A stretch of DNA of 64,000 nt, from the NCBI RefSeq assembly GCF_028641065.1, contig NC_073405.1, positions 11,780,001 through 11,844,000 on the forward strand, given 5' to 3'. The stretch's first letter is position 1, and every line of letters starts with the position of its first letter. The position numbers and the translations under genes were made by a program. Positions 37,801 through 49,935 of this stretch are shown here, piece by piece. The notes below the pieces were generated by a model that did not search any database, was not told the DNA's origin, and worked only from the letters and a program-made list of their open reading frames with translations. The DNA is from Leucoraja erinacea (taxonomy: Eukaryota).

Positions 37801-38191
37801 TAATAGTTTAAAACAATATTCAGTAATAAATTAGTTTGATCCTGACCATGGGTGCTGTCTGCATGGAGTTTGCATGTTCTCCTTGTGACCGCATGTGTTT
37901 TCTCCGAATGCTCCAGTTTCCTCCCACATTCCAAAGACCAACAGCTTTGTAGGTTATTTGGCTTTGGTAAATTGTCCCTAGTGTGTAGGATAGAATTAGT
38001 GAACGGGGGATCGCTGGTCGGCACGGACTCAGTGGGCCGAAGGGCCTGTTTCCAAGCTGTATCTCTAAACTAAGACTGCTTTAAAATGTACCCAATGAAA
38101 GGCCAAAAGTGAACAGCTGCTTCGTGAGATATTTTTTTGATAAGTTTAATGAGTATCTTAAACTACCTTTGAGCTTTGTTGACTTTGAAAG

Positions 38192-38312
38192 GTTCAGCAA
38201 AAGCAGACACTCCCCTGGCCTGGCAACCTTGGCTGGTTGGGTTCACCGCTGTCATTGTGTTCCTCTTCATTGTCTTTGCTGCACTGATAATCAAGAAAGT
38301 TCTGCACGGAAA
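38192..38312 (+). CDS. SMIM24: SMIM24-like exon 2 (transmembrane: AWQPWLVGFTAVIVFLFIVFAALIIKKVLHG)
   Basis: PWLVGxxAVxxFLFIV is the SMIM24/MAP17 hallmark; donor AA|GTAAGT; an alternative in-frame acceptor would start the exon at 38198. Confidence 0.85.
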
Positions 38313-40308
38313 GTAAGTAAATGCATTGTATCTACTTTGTTTTAGATATTAAATTTCCAAGGTCAAAGAATCAGCAAGACATTCAAGAGAGAGAACATAG
38401 AACATAGAACAGTACAGCACAGGAATAGGCCCTTTGGCCCACAATGTCTGTGTCGGACATGATGCCTACTTAAACTAATCTCTGCCTGCATGTGATCCAT
38501 ATCCTCCTAATCCCTGCATACCTTCTAAATGCCACTATCGTATCTGCTTCCACCACCATCTCTGGCAGTGTGTTCCAGGCACCCACCACAAGCCACACAA
38601 ATGCCTCTACTCCTTCATGAGACAGAGGAAATTCAGTAAGTCTCCAATGACTCCTACGAACTTCCACAGAAACCGCAGAATGCATGATGTGGGGTTGCAT
38701 CACAACTTGGTTTGGGAACATCTCTGCCTACGACTGCAAGAAATTGCAGAGTTGTGGATGTACTCCAGTCCACCACACACACCAAACTCCCCACCCTTGA
38801 CTCCATCTACACTTCACGCTGCCTTAATAAAGCAGTCAACATAATCAAAGGCCTGTCCCACCCCAGTCATTCCTTCTTCACCCACCTCCCATTGGGCTGA
38901 AGATACAGAAGCTTGAAGGTGGGCACCACAGACTCAAGAACAGCGTCTTCCCTTCCATTATCAGGCTTCTGAAAGGGCTTCCAGAAGCTAGGGTACTACC
39001 CGATGCACCTCTACTCCATTGTGTCCATTGGACTTTGACTCACTGTAATGCTTCAATGCTGAGAACTATATTCTTCACTTTATACCTTCCCCTCTGCTCT
39101 TCCTATTGTACTTGAGTTTGACTTGATTGTATTTATGAATGGTTTACCTGATCTAATTGAATAGCATTGGGGACAATCAGCCATGACAATCAGCCATGAT
39201 CACAATGAATGGCTCGAAGGGCCGAATAGCCTCCTCATACACATATTTTCTATGGTTCTATCTCTATATTTCTAAAACAATGCTTTTCATTCTACCTTGG
39301 TACATGTGACAATAATAAACCTAAACCTAAATATTTTTTCTGTGTATAAACAATTGTTGCGCACACCTCCTTTAAACTTTGCCCCTCTCCCCTCAAAACT
39401 ATGCCCTCTAGTCCCTGACATTTCCACCCTGGGAAAATGCTTCTGACTGTCTACCCAATCTATGCCTCATAATTTTATATACTTCTTTCAGGACTCTCCT
39501 CAATGTCTGATTTTCCGGAGAAAACAATCCAAATTTGTCCAACCCCTAATCCAGTCAGCATTCAGGTGGTGCCTGTCAACGATGGCAGCCTCGCCAACAG
39601 TCTATCTGTCCTTTCGTCTTTTTTAACTTATTTTTAGTGTGTTTTAAAAGTATGTGTTAATGTTCTCTGGTTTGTTTTACGTGAGGTCGGGGGTCGGGGG
39701 AAACCTTTTTCAATCTCTTTCCTGGCCGGAGAAGTGACTTTTTTCCGGATGGTATCTCTGGTCGCTCTGCAGCCTAACATCATGGAGCTGGCGGCCTTGC
39801 TCGAGACTGACTTTGAGCCCCATCGCGGAGCCATGGACTTACCATCGGAGCCTGCGATCCCTTCCCTGGGATCGACGCTCCAACCATGGCCTTCGCATTT
39901 CTACAATCAGTAGCTTGCGTTCTCGGGTAGAGACTGTAAGTTTCTGAGTCATGGGCACACTACAGCAAGCATCTCAAAGTACGGAAGAGATACCACCAAT
40001 GTTGCTTCCATAAATTCCCTCTTTTCCATCAACAGGATAAGTGGACTAACATCAATGTCCACTCCCAGGCTAACAGCCCCAGCACAGACTCTCTATTGCA
40101 GTAAGATAGCTCTGAGGGGCAGACCATACCATTTGCACAGCCAACACCAGTCCACAGTGGGCCCACAATTTATTTGTCCTTTCTTCTAAATCACAAATGG
40201 CCATCAGTGAGGGTGCATGGGCATTGCTGACATATAGTTTAGTCCGTGAGTTCTGTGTTAATACTGCGGAAGAATTGTTGTAATTTAATTACTCATTAAA
40301 TTTTACAG

Positions 40309-40356
40309 GAACAAGGAAACTGATGATTCTTGCCTTGGGTTAAACACTGAGGAAAG
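40309..40356 (+). CDS. SMIM24: SMIM24-like 48-nt exon, copy A (KNKETDDSCLGLNTEER)
   Basis: ttttacAG|...AG|GTAAGG; phase 2/2; open in the frame set by exon 2. Confidence 0.7.
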
Positions 40357-42500
40357 GTAAGGCACTGTTTGTATAGGATCTTTATATTTTACTCTTATAT
40401 TCAATTCAGTATTAGCTTTGGAACTTATTCTGCTCTTCACTGGTACAAAATACGTAAAATACCAGTGAATTCGATTAGTGGGGCTTTGATGTTAAAGGTC
40501 AAGTCTTTCTTTCTCAAACTTGTCACGTGAAGGAAAATGAAAAAAAATAGAGTTTGGAGTTTGGGCCACACAGTGGCGCAGCGGTAGAGTTACTATCTTA
40601 CAGTGCCAGAGACCCGGGTGCTGAGACATGGTTTATCTCTTGGCGTGTATACATGGGGAAATATTGTTACATTTTATTTCCTCATTACATCCCACAGGAG
40701 CAAGGACATTGAAATGCTTGGCACCAACTCATGCCCTGGTGAAAGGTAGGGTGCTCAATAATCTACCTCATCTCCATCTTCCTGTCCTGACACCGTTTGA
40801 TGGATTTGCTTTCTCTCCAAATATCTGTCGTTCTCAGTCTTGAGCAATGGAGCATCAGAGCTGGCTGAGACAGAAATTCTCTGCACTCTGACTGAAGATA
40901 TCTTCCTCAAGTCTGACATAAATAACCAACAGTATCTCACAATGCTATGATCAGGAACTATCCATGTTTCAATCAAGTAGTTTACTCATAAAGTAATAGA
41001 CCCAACTTGCCCACACCAACCAGCTACACTAGTCCCACTGCCCACATTTGGCCCATATCCCTCCATTCCTGTCCTATCCATGTACCTGTCTAACTGTTTC
41101 TTAAACGTTGGGATAGTCCCTGCCTCAACTGCCTCCTCAAATCCAGTGAGCATTCGGGTGGCTTCATCTGCGATGGCAGCCTTGCCAACAGACTGTCTGT
41201 CCTTTCGTCTTTTTTGTTATTTTTAGTGTGTTTTAAAAGTGTATGTTAATGTTCTCTGGTTTGTTTTATGTGGGGGAGGGGGTTGGGGGGAAACATTTTT
41301 CAATCTCTTACCTGGCCGGAGATGTGTTTTTTTCCCCGGATCGTATCTCTGGTCGCACTGCGGCCTAACTCAAGGCCTCTGGCGGCCTTGCTCGAGACTG
41401 ACTTTGAGCCCCATCGCGGAGCCATGGACTTACCATCGGAGCCTGCGATCCCTTGCCTGAGATCGACGCTCCAACCGCGGCCTGCGCATTTCAACAGCCA
41501 GTAGCTTGCGTTCTCGGGTAGAGACTGATGTCGGGAAGCTCCAAGCTACAAGAGGATCGACCAGCCCCGACCTGGAATCCGTTCGCACGGCGCGGGGAGC
41601 AGAGATCCCCCTGATGCGGGAACTTGATCGTCCCGATGCAGAGGTCTCAACTGCCGGCTGCGGGAACCAAGATCGCCCCGACAACAGAAGTTCGAGTGCC
41701 CCAACCGTGGGAGGGCAAAGAAGGGAAGAAAATTGAACATTTTCTGCCTTCCATGAAAGTGTGGAATGTGGGGATGTCGCTGTTGGATGTTCATGTTAAA
41801 AATATATTTGTGTGTCTTGTTGCTCTTTATTGGTATGACTGTTTTGCAAATCAAATTCCTCATTTGTTGCAAAACATACTTGGCTTATATATTACTATTC
41901 TGATTATGATTCTGGTAAACCTTTCATGAACCCTCTCCAAAGCATCCACATCTTTCCTGGAATGGAGAAGACCTCCCACACATTGTAGTGAAGGAGGACA
42001 CCGATAATAACATTGTGTGATAATAAACAGGTGTATTAGGGAGTATCTTTGGCCTTGACTCTGGGAACAGTGAGTGAAGATAGAGTCTGTGGACCCTACA
42101 TGGGGGTTTTGATTTATCTGCCCTCCTGTAAGGTTCTGAGTCATGGGCACACTACAGCAAGCATCTCAAAGTACGGAAGAGATACAACAAATGTTGCTTC
42201 CATAAATTCCCTCGTTTGCATCAACAGGATAAGTGGACTAATATCAATGTCCACTCCCAGGCTAACATCCCCAGCACAGACTCTCTATTGCAGTAAGATA
42301 GCTCTGAGGGGAAGAACATACCATTTGCACAGCCAACACCAGTCCACAGTGGGCCCACAATTTATTTGCCCTTTCTTCTAAATCACAAATGACCATCAGT
42401 GAGGGCGCATGGATAATGCTGACATATAGTTTAGTCCGTGAGTTCTGTGTTAATACTGCGGAAGAATTGATGTAATTTATTTACTCGTTAAATTTTACAG

Positions 42501-42548
42501 GAACAAGGAAACTGATGATTCTTGCCTTGGGTTAAACACTGAGGAAAG
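42501..42548 (+). CDS. SMIM24: SMIM24-like 48-nt exon, copy B (identical to A)
   Basis: Same sequence and splice sites as 40309-40356. Confidence 0.65.
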
Positions 42549-43929
42549 GTAAGGCACTGTTTGTATATGATCTTTATATTTTACTCTTATATTCAATTCA
42601 GTATTAGCTTTGGAACTTATTCTGCTCTTCACAGGAACAAAATACGTAAAATACCAGTGAATTTGATTAGTGGGGCTTTGATGTTAAAGGTCAAGTCTTT
42701 CTTTCTCAAACTTGTCGCTTGTGAAGGAAAATGAAAAAATAATGTTTGGAGTTTGGGCCACACAGTGGCGCAGCGGTAGAGTTACTGTCTTACAGTGCCA
42801 GAGACCTGTGTGCTGAGACATGGTTTATCTCTTGGCGTGTATACCTGGGGAAATATTGTTACATTTTATTTCCTTATTACATCCCACAGGAGCAAGGACA
42901 TTGAAATGCTTGGCACCAACTCATGCCCTGGTGAAAGGTAGGGTGCTCAATAATCTACCTCATCTCCATCTTCCTGTCCTGACACTGTTTGATGGATTTG
43001 CTTTATCTCCAAATATCTGTTGATCTCAGTCTTGACCATATCCATCAATAGAGCTGGACTGAGACAGAGATTTCCAAAGTTTCTCTGCACTCTGACTGAA
43101 GACACCTTCCTCAGCTCGGACATAAATAACCAACAATATCTCACAATGTTATGATCAGGATCTATCCATGTTTCAATCAAGTAGTTTACTCATGGAGTCA
43201 TAGGCCTAACTTGCCTAGACCGGCCAGCTACACTAGTCCCACCTGCCCACATTTGGCCCATATCCCTCCATTCCTGTGCTATCCAAGTACTTGTCTAACT
43301 GTTTCTTAAACATTGGGATAGTCCCAGCCTCAACTACCTCCCCTGGCAGCTTGTTCCATACACCCACCATCCTTTGTGTGAAAAAGTTACTTCTCAGATT
43401 TCTATTAAATCTTTTCCCCTTCACCTTAAACCTGTGTCCTCTGGTCCTCAATTTCCCTACTCTGGGCAAGAGACTCCATGCATTTAGCTGTGTTTACCCA
43501 TGGTCACAATCAAGCTGTTCACAGTGTACAGGATAAAAAGTATAACATTCAGTGTAAAATAAAGTCTAATAAAGTCCAATTGGAGATGGTTCAAAGGTCT
43601 CCAATGCAATGCGGTAGATAGGAGGCCAGGGCCACTCTCTAGCGAGTGAGAGGGTGGTTCAGTTGCCTGAAAACAGCTGGGAGCAAACTGTCCCTGAATC
43701 TGGAGGTATCCATTTTCAAACTTCTATACCTCCTCCCCTATGGGCTGGGGGTGAAGAGGGAGCGACCGGGGTGAGACTCATCTGTGATTTGCATCAAAGG
43801 CTAATTTGGAGATCTATTCTGTTTTTCAATCCCCACTTCTTTCCTTGTGAAGTAATATTTGCTGTTTTTTCTCTCTTTCTCCTTCTAAATCGCAGCTGGC
43901 CATGTGTGAGGGTGAATTGGCACTGCTGA

Positions 43930-45520
43930 GATCTGGTTTATTCCTTGGTTGCTGAGTTACAGCTGGATGTAGATTAGCTACAGAAATAGCCTGGAGAAGT
44001 GGCAGGTGGAGTTTAATCCAAGCAAGTACTTTGGGAGGTCAAATATAAAAGAAATATAGAATTAATAGCACAACCTCAACAGCAGTATGGAGGGATCTTT
44101 GATGTACAGAGGGATCATGGGGTCCAACCCCATAACTCCCTGAAAGTGACTACACACTTAAACAGAGTGCTAAAGAAGGCATATAACATGGGGGCATTGA
44201 GTATAAGAGTTAGGAAGTCATCATGCAGGTTTGCAGAACTTTGGGTAGGCTGCATTTGGCTATTGTGCGTATTTCTGCTTGCTCTATTATGGAATGGGAC
44301 GTGGAGGCATTGGAAAGAGTACACAGGAGGTTTACTAGAATGATCCCTGGATTAGGGGGGGCATTACCTACAGGAAACGTTGTCCAGACTTGGATTGTTT
44401 TCTCTGGAATGCCGGAGGTTGTGGGGAGACTTGATAGAAGTATATAAAATTGTGAGAGGCTTAGATAGTGTAGACAGTCAGAATCTTTTTCTCAGGATGA
44501 AAAAATCAAATGCTGGAGGGCATAGCTTTAAAGATTACTATCTAAATGGCGTCATGTTGGGAAAAGGGGAAGTACAACGGAATCTGGGGGTCCTTGTACA
44601 TCAGTCTATGAAAGTAAGCATTTAGGTACAGCAGGCAGTGAAGAAAGCGAATGGCATGTTGGACTTTATAACAATAGGAATCAAATATAGGAGCAAAAAG
44701 GTCCTTCTGCAGTGGTACAGAGCCCTAGTGAGACCACATCTGGAGTATTGTCTACAGTTTTGGTCCCCTAATTTGAGGAAGGATATTCTTGCTATTGAGG
44801 GAATGCAGCGTAGGTTTACAAGGTTAATTCCCGGGATGGCGGGACTGTCATATGCTGAGAGAATGGAGCAGCTGGGCTTGTGCACTCTGGAGTTTAGAAG
44901 GATGAGAGGGCATCTCATTGAAACTTATAAGATTATTAAGGGTTTGGACATGCTAGAGGTAGGAAACTTATTCCCGATGTTAGGGGAGTCCAGAACCAGG
45001 GGCTACAGTTTAAGAATAAGGAGAAAACCATTTAGAATGGAGATGTGGAAACACTTTTTCACACAGAGAGTTGTGAGTCTGTGGAATTCTCTGCCTCAGA
45101 GGGTGGTGGAGGCAGGTTCTCTGGATGCTTTCCAGAGAGAGCCAGATAGGGATCTTAAAGATAGCGGAGTCAGGGGATATGGGGAGAAGGCAGGAATGGG
45201 GTACTGATTGTGGATGATCAGCCATGATCACATTGAATGGTGGTGCTGGCTGTCTATTGTCTAAAGTTTAAAGGAGATATGCGGGACACGTTTTTTTAAA
45301 TACAGAGAGCGATGAGTTCCTAGAAACCGCTACCAGGGTTTGTGGTTGAGGCAGATGTGATAATGACATTTAAGAGCCTTCTGGATAGGCATTTGGACAT
45401 GTTGGAAATGGGTGGATATAGATTATGTTTATATTAGACAGATAAGAGTTGGTCTTGGCATCATGTTTGGCACAGACTTTGTGGGCTGAAGAACCTTTTC
45501 TTGTGCTGTACTGTTCGATG
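43930..45520 (+). mobile_element. Nested CR1 fragments (younger copy at about 44533-45260 inside an older one)
   Basis: ORF 44638..45207 is the CR1 ORF2 C-terminus. The older copy is interrupted at AGCTTTAAAG (44530) and resumes at AAAGTTTAAAGGAGAT (45263). Confidence 0.8.
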
Positions 45521-45583
45521 TTCTGCATAACAGAAATATCTGCAAAAGGATTGCTATGTTTTATTATTCATTAAATCTTCCAG

Positions 45584-45631
45584 GAGCAAGAAGACTGGAG
45601 ACTCCAGCAGGGACTTAACCATTGAAGAAAG
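45584..45631 (+). CDS. SMIM24: SMIM24-like 48-nt exon, copy C (diverged; RSKKTGDSSRDLTIEER)
   Basis: tcttccAG|...AG|GTAGGG; 32/48 nt identical to copy A without gaps; flanking intron sequence is also similar. Confidence 0.7.
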
Positions 45632-46204
45632 GTAGGGCACAGTCCTGTACAATTTTTTTCATGTTTTACAATAAACATTAACGAGACGAAGGAATTAAAA
45701 GTAACATTAGCAAATTTGAAGATGACACAAAGCTGGGTGGCAGTGTGAACTGTGAAGAGGATGCTGTGAGAATGCAGAGTGACTTGGACAGGTTGGGTTA
45801 ATGGGCAGATATATGGCAGATGCAGTATAATGTGGATAAATGTGAGGTTATCCACTTTGGTGGCAAGAACAATTAACTAATTATTTAATTGCAAAGATAA
45901 GTATGGAACAAGCTGCCAGAGGAGGTAGTTGAGGCTGGGACTATCCCATTGTTTAAGAAACAGTTAGACAGGTACATGGATAGGACAGGTTTGGAGGGAT
46001 ATGGACCAAGCGCAGGCAAGTGGGACTAGTGTAGTTGGGACATTGGTGGCGGTGTGGGCGAGTTGTGCCAATGGGCCTGTTTCCTCACTATGTCACTCTA
46101 GGACTATGACTATGATTCTATAAAGGATTTGATTTTGATTTTAGTTTAGTTTATTATTGTCACGTGTACAGTGAAAAGCTTTTTTGTTGCATGCTATCCA
46201 GTCA

Positions 46205-46400
46205 CCTTCTTCTTCTTTTGAGTCCATCTTGCTACAAATGTTGACATCGCTGTCATCGTCCGTCCTGAAAAGGACGTAAGCTTCCGTCGACAATCGGTGG
46301 GAGCCACCACTTGTTACAATAAATGATGGTGGGGAGCAGAATTAGCTCGGGATACTTCCAGTTTCCAGCCCCGCGATGTGGGCGCTTCTGCTATGGGGCC
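46205..46400 (-). mobile_element. Short retroposon B (about 195 bp): 5' HDV-like ribozyme, (GAA)n tail, TSD
   Basis: TSD ATCCAGTCA (46196-46204) / ATACAGTCA (46401-46409); minus-strand tail AAAAGAAGAAGAAG. Confidence 0.8.
46335..46400 (-). ncRNA. HDV-like ribozyme motif, 66 nt
   Basis: GGCCCC(P1) AU AGCAGAA(P2) GCG(P3) CCCACAU(L3) CGC(P3') GGGGCU(P1', G1-U wobble) GG(J1/4) AAACUGGAAGUAUCCCGAG(imperfect P4) CUAA(catalytic C at 46345) UUCUGCU(P2'). Confidence 0.8.
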
Positions 46401-46856
46401 ATACAGTCAGTGAAAAGCATTATAATCCAGCCATCTACAGTATAAAATAAATAACGTTTAATGCAAGATAAAGTCCAGTACAGTCCACTTAAAGATACTT
46501 CAAAGGCCTCCAATGAAGTAGATAGTGGGTCAGGTCTGCTCTCTAGTGAGGACAGGCCAGTTCAGTTGCTTGATAACAGCTGGGACTGGGAGGAAACTGT
46601 CCCTGAATCTGGAGGTATACATTTTCACACCGCAGTACCGCTTGCCTGATGGGAGAATGGAGAAGAGGGAGTGAGACTCATAATTGATTATGCTGGTGAC
46701 CTTGTCGAGGCAGCGTGATTCTTGGAGACTCCCCTCATCTCTCTAAAGGGATTGATAGGGAAGCCACAATACACCAGCTGATCATATCGACATATTCGTA
46801 ATGTAGATAAACACATGTAAATTATTGTTTCTAACTGTATCTATGTCCTGATTTAG

Positions 46857-46926
46857 AACTTCAGACTGTGAGGAATCTGAGGGAATCTCTAACCCAATGG
46901 ATAAGGATAAAATGTCCAACCTCTGA
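46857..46926 (+). CDS. SMIM24: SMIM24-like last exon (TSDCEESEGISNPMDKDKMSNL*)
   Basis: atttAG acceptor in phase 2; ends S-N-L (class I PDZ-ligand pattern, as in this family); AATAAA at 47069-47074. Total 132 aa if all three 48-nt exons are included. Confidence 0.7.
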
Positions 46927-47171
46927 AGTGCTCTAATTGGAATCGTGCCGATGAGTTCATTGTCATCCCTCCATGGATAAAACGTTTATTTTCCTCTGAA
47001 TGTATAAAGTGACAACTCGGTAATTAAAATCTTTCACTCTCTCCCCGTGGAGTAATGTCCTTTCCTGCAATAAAGCCACGTAGAAAAGATTGGTGAACTT
47101 TTAAAATGTTTTGGGACGGATGAAAATGTAAAGTACCCTGTGACAGGAAGCGATCTTCTGTAAGAGGTGTT

Positions 47172-49102
47172 TAAGAAGGAACTGCAGATGCTGGAACAAT
47201 CGAAGGTAGACAAAAATGCTGGAGAAACTCAGCAGGTGAGGCAGCATCTATGGAGCGAAGGAATGGGTGACGTTTTGTGTTGAGACTCTTCTTCAGACTG
47301 ATGAGGGGATGGGGTGGTGGGAAGAAGATAGGAAGAGGCGGAGACAGTGGGCTGTGGGAGAGTTGGGAAGGGAAGGGGAAAGAGGGAGAAAGCAAGGACT
47401 ACCTGAAATTGAATAAGTCAACGTTGATACCGCTGGGGTGTAAACTCGACTGCATCCTATCCCCCCTGGTTAAATCCCTCCCTACCTATGTATAAGACAC
47501 CTCACACGCTCCTCGTCTCCTCCATGACTTCCGTTATCTAGGCCCCCATTTCCTCATCTTCACCATGGATGCCCAGTCACTCTATCTCCCATTAGGAGGG
47601 TCTTAAAGCCCTCCGTTTCTTCCTCGACCGCAGAACCAACCAATCCCTGTCTACTGATACTCTCCTCCGCCTAGCGCGGAGCTGGTCCTTACCCAAAACC
47701 ACTTTTCGTTTGACTCCTCCCATTTCCTCCAAATCCAAGGCGTAGCTATGGACACGTGCATGGGCCCCAGCTGTCCCTGCCTCTTTGTGGGGTACGTCGA
47801 ACAATCCTTGTTCGAGGCGTACCATGGCCCTATCCCCGAACTATACCTCCGCTACATTGACAACTGCATTGGTGCTACCTCCTGCATCCATGCAGAACTC
47901 ACTGACTTCATCCATTTCACCACAAACTTCCACCCAGCACTCAAATTCACCTGGAACATTGCCGACATCTCCCTACCATTTCTAGACCTCACTATCTCCA
48001 TTGTAGGCGACAGACCTCTGACCGACATCTACTAGAAACTCACTGACTCCCATGGCCACCTGGACTACACTTCTTCCCACCCTGCCTCCTGTAAGGACTC
48101 TATCCCCTACTCCCAATTCCACCGTCTACGCCGCATCTACACCCAGGATGAGGTGTTCCAAACCAGGGCATCGGAGATGTCCTCATTCTTCAGGGAATCG
48201 GGGTTCCCCTCTTTGACTATAGATGAGGCTCTCACCAGGTTCTCTTCTATACCCCGTAACTCTGTTCTCATTCCTCACCCACCCCCACCCCCCCCCACTC
48301 GTAACAAGGGCAGAGTCCCCCTTGTCCTCACCTTCCACCCTACCAGCCGTCACATACAACAGATAATCCTCCAACGGGATCCCACCACTGGCCACATCTT
48401 CCCATCTCCTCCCCTTTCGGCTTTCCGCAGAGACCGCTCCCTCCGTAACTCCCTGGTCAATTCTTTCCTTCCCACCCAAACCACCCCCTCTCCTGGTACT
48501 TTCCCTTGCAACCGCAGGAAATGCTACACTTGTTGCTTTACCTCCCCCCTTGACTCCATCCAAGGACCCAAGCAGTCTTTCCAGGTGCGGCAGAGGTTCA
48601 CCTGCACCTCCTCCAACCTCATCTATTGCATCCGCTGCTCTAGGTGTCAGCTGCTCTACATCGGTGAGACCAAGCGTAGGCTTGGCGATCTCTTTGCCCA
48701 ACACCTATGCTCAGTTCGCAATAACCAACCTGATCTCCCGGTGGCCCGACACTTCAACTCCCCTCCCATTCCGAATCTGACCTTTCTGTCCTGGGCCTCC
48801 TCCATGGCCAGAGTGAGGACCACTGTAAATTGGAGGAGCAGCACCTCATATTTCGCTTGGGCAGTTTTCACCCCAGCGGTATGAACATTGACTTCTCCAA
48901 TTTCAGGTAGTCCTTGCTTTCTCCCTCTTTCCCCTCTGCTTCCCAGCTCTCCACCATTCCACCCCTTCCTTTCTTATTCCCGCCCCACCCCCCATCCCCT
49001 CATCAGCCTGAGGAAGGGTCTCGACCCGAAACGTCACCCATTCCTTCGCTCCATAGATGCTGCCTCACCCGCTGAGTTTCTCCAGCATTTTTGTCGACCT
49101 TC
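47172..49102 (+). mobile_element. Penelope-like retroelement, 5'-truncated, with an inverted pLTR copy at its 5' end
   Basis: RT motifs (AMDTCMGPS, LYLRYIDN, LPFLDL) and GIY-YIG (NLIYCIRCSRCQLLYIGETKRRLG), with frameshifts. 47172-47446 is an inverted copy of about 48860-49102. Confidence 0.9.
49008..49036 (+). ncRNA. Minimal hammerhead ribozyme motif in the Penelope pLTR
   Basis: CUGAGGA-A-GGGUC-UC-GACCC-GAAAC-GUC; stem I is weak. Confidence 0.6.
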
Positions 49103-49628
49103 TGTTGGAGGTGGGTCTGTCCAAAATTATGCTGGAAATCTGAACTAATCCACTGTGTTGTCACTCTGAAATGAGGTTAATCACATAGATGCAGTTTGGA
49201 ATTTGATGCAGACTTGAATCCTTTAAACATTAATGAAATACAACAGATGGTTTCATGTACTGCCTTGGCAGCTGTTCTTTCAAAGACCAAGATTAACTTG
49301 CTTAAATTGAAATGAATTGCCCTGCTTTTGATCATGTAATTGTTAATTATTTTTTTCAATGTTATCCATAACAAAGTACTTCTTTGTGAAACAAGTCGAG
49401 TTGCTCCTGTTTAACAATTTAATATTAAATGTTAATATCAATATCAAAAGACAACCACATAATGGGCGATGCATAATTGTGGTCCAGCTAGTGGAGCTGC
49501 TGCCTTACAACACCATTGATCCCAGGTTCAATCCTGATATTCGAAGCTGACTTTGTGGAGTTTGCACACTCTCCCTGTGACTGCTTATTTTGGATTTTTT
49601 TTAAATTTCATAACAAGGTCCAATAAAA

Positions 49629-49935
49629 GGGCGGTACGGTGATATAACGGTAGAGCTACTGCCTTAAAACAGCGCCAGGGACCCAAGTTTGATCCTGACT
49701 ACGGGTTCTTGTGTGTACGTACGTTCTGTCCCGTGACTGCGTGGCTTTTCTCCGGGTCTTCCCGCACTCCAAAGACGTACAGGTTTGTAGGTTAATTGGC
49801 TTGGTATATATGTAAAAAATGATCGAGAGTGTGTGTCGGATAGTGTTAATGTGCGGGAATCACTGGTCGGTGCGGGTTTGGTGGACCGAAGAGCCTGTTT
49901 TCGCGCTGTTTCTGAACTAAGCTAAACTAAACTAA
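49629..49935 (+). mobile_element. tRNA-derived SINE
   Basis: A/B-box-like head (CGGTAGAG..GTTTGATCCTG) and (CTAAA)n tail. Related copies at about 29625, 30590, 37517-38070, 53196-53510(-), 58400-58700(-), 59790-60085(-) and 62960-63215(-). Confidence 0.8.

Larger units (their letters stand above)
39549..43340 (+). repeat. Tandem segmental duplication: copy 1 about 39549-41140, copy 2 about 41141-43340
   Basis: 39935-41138 aligns to 42128-43340 and 39549-39935 aligns to 41141-41527, with scattered substitutions and indels. Confidence 0.93.
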
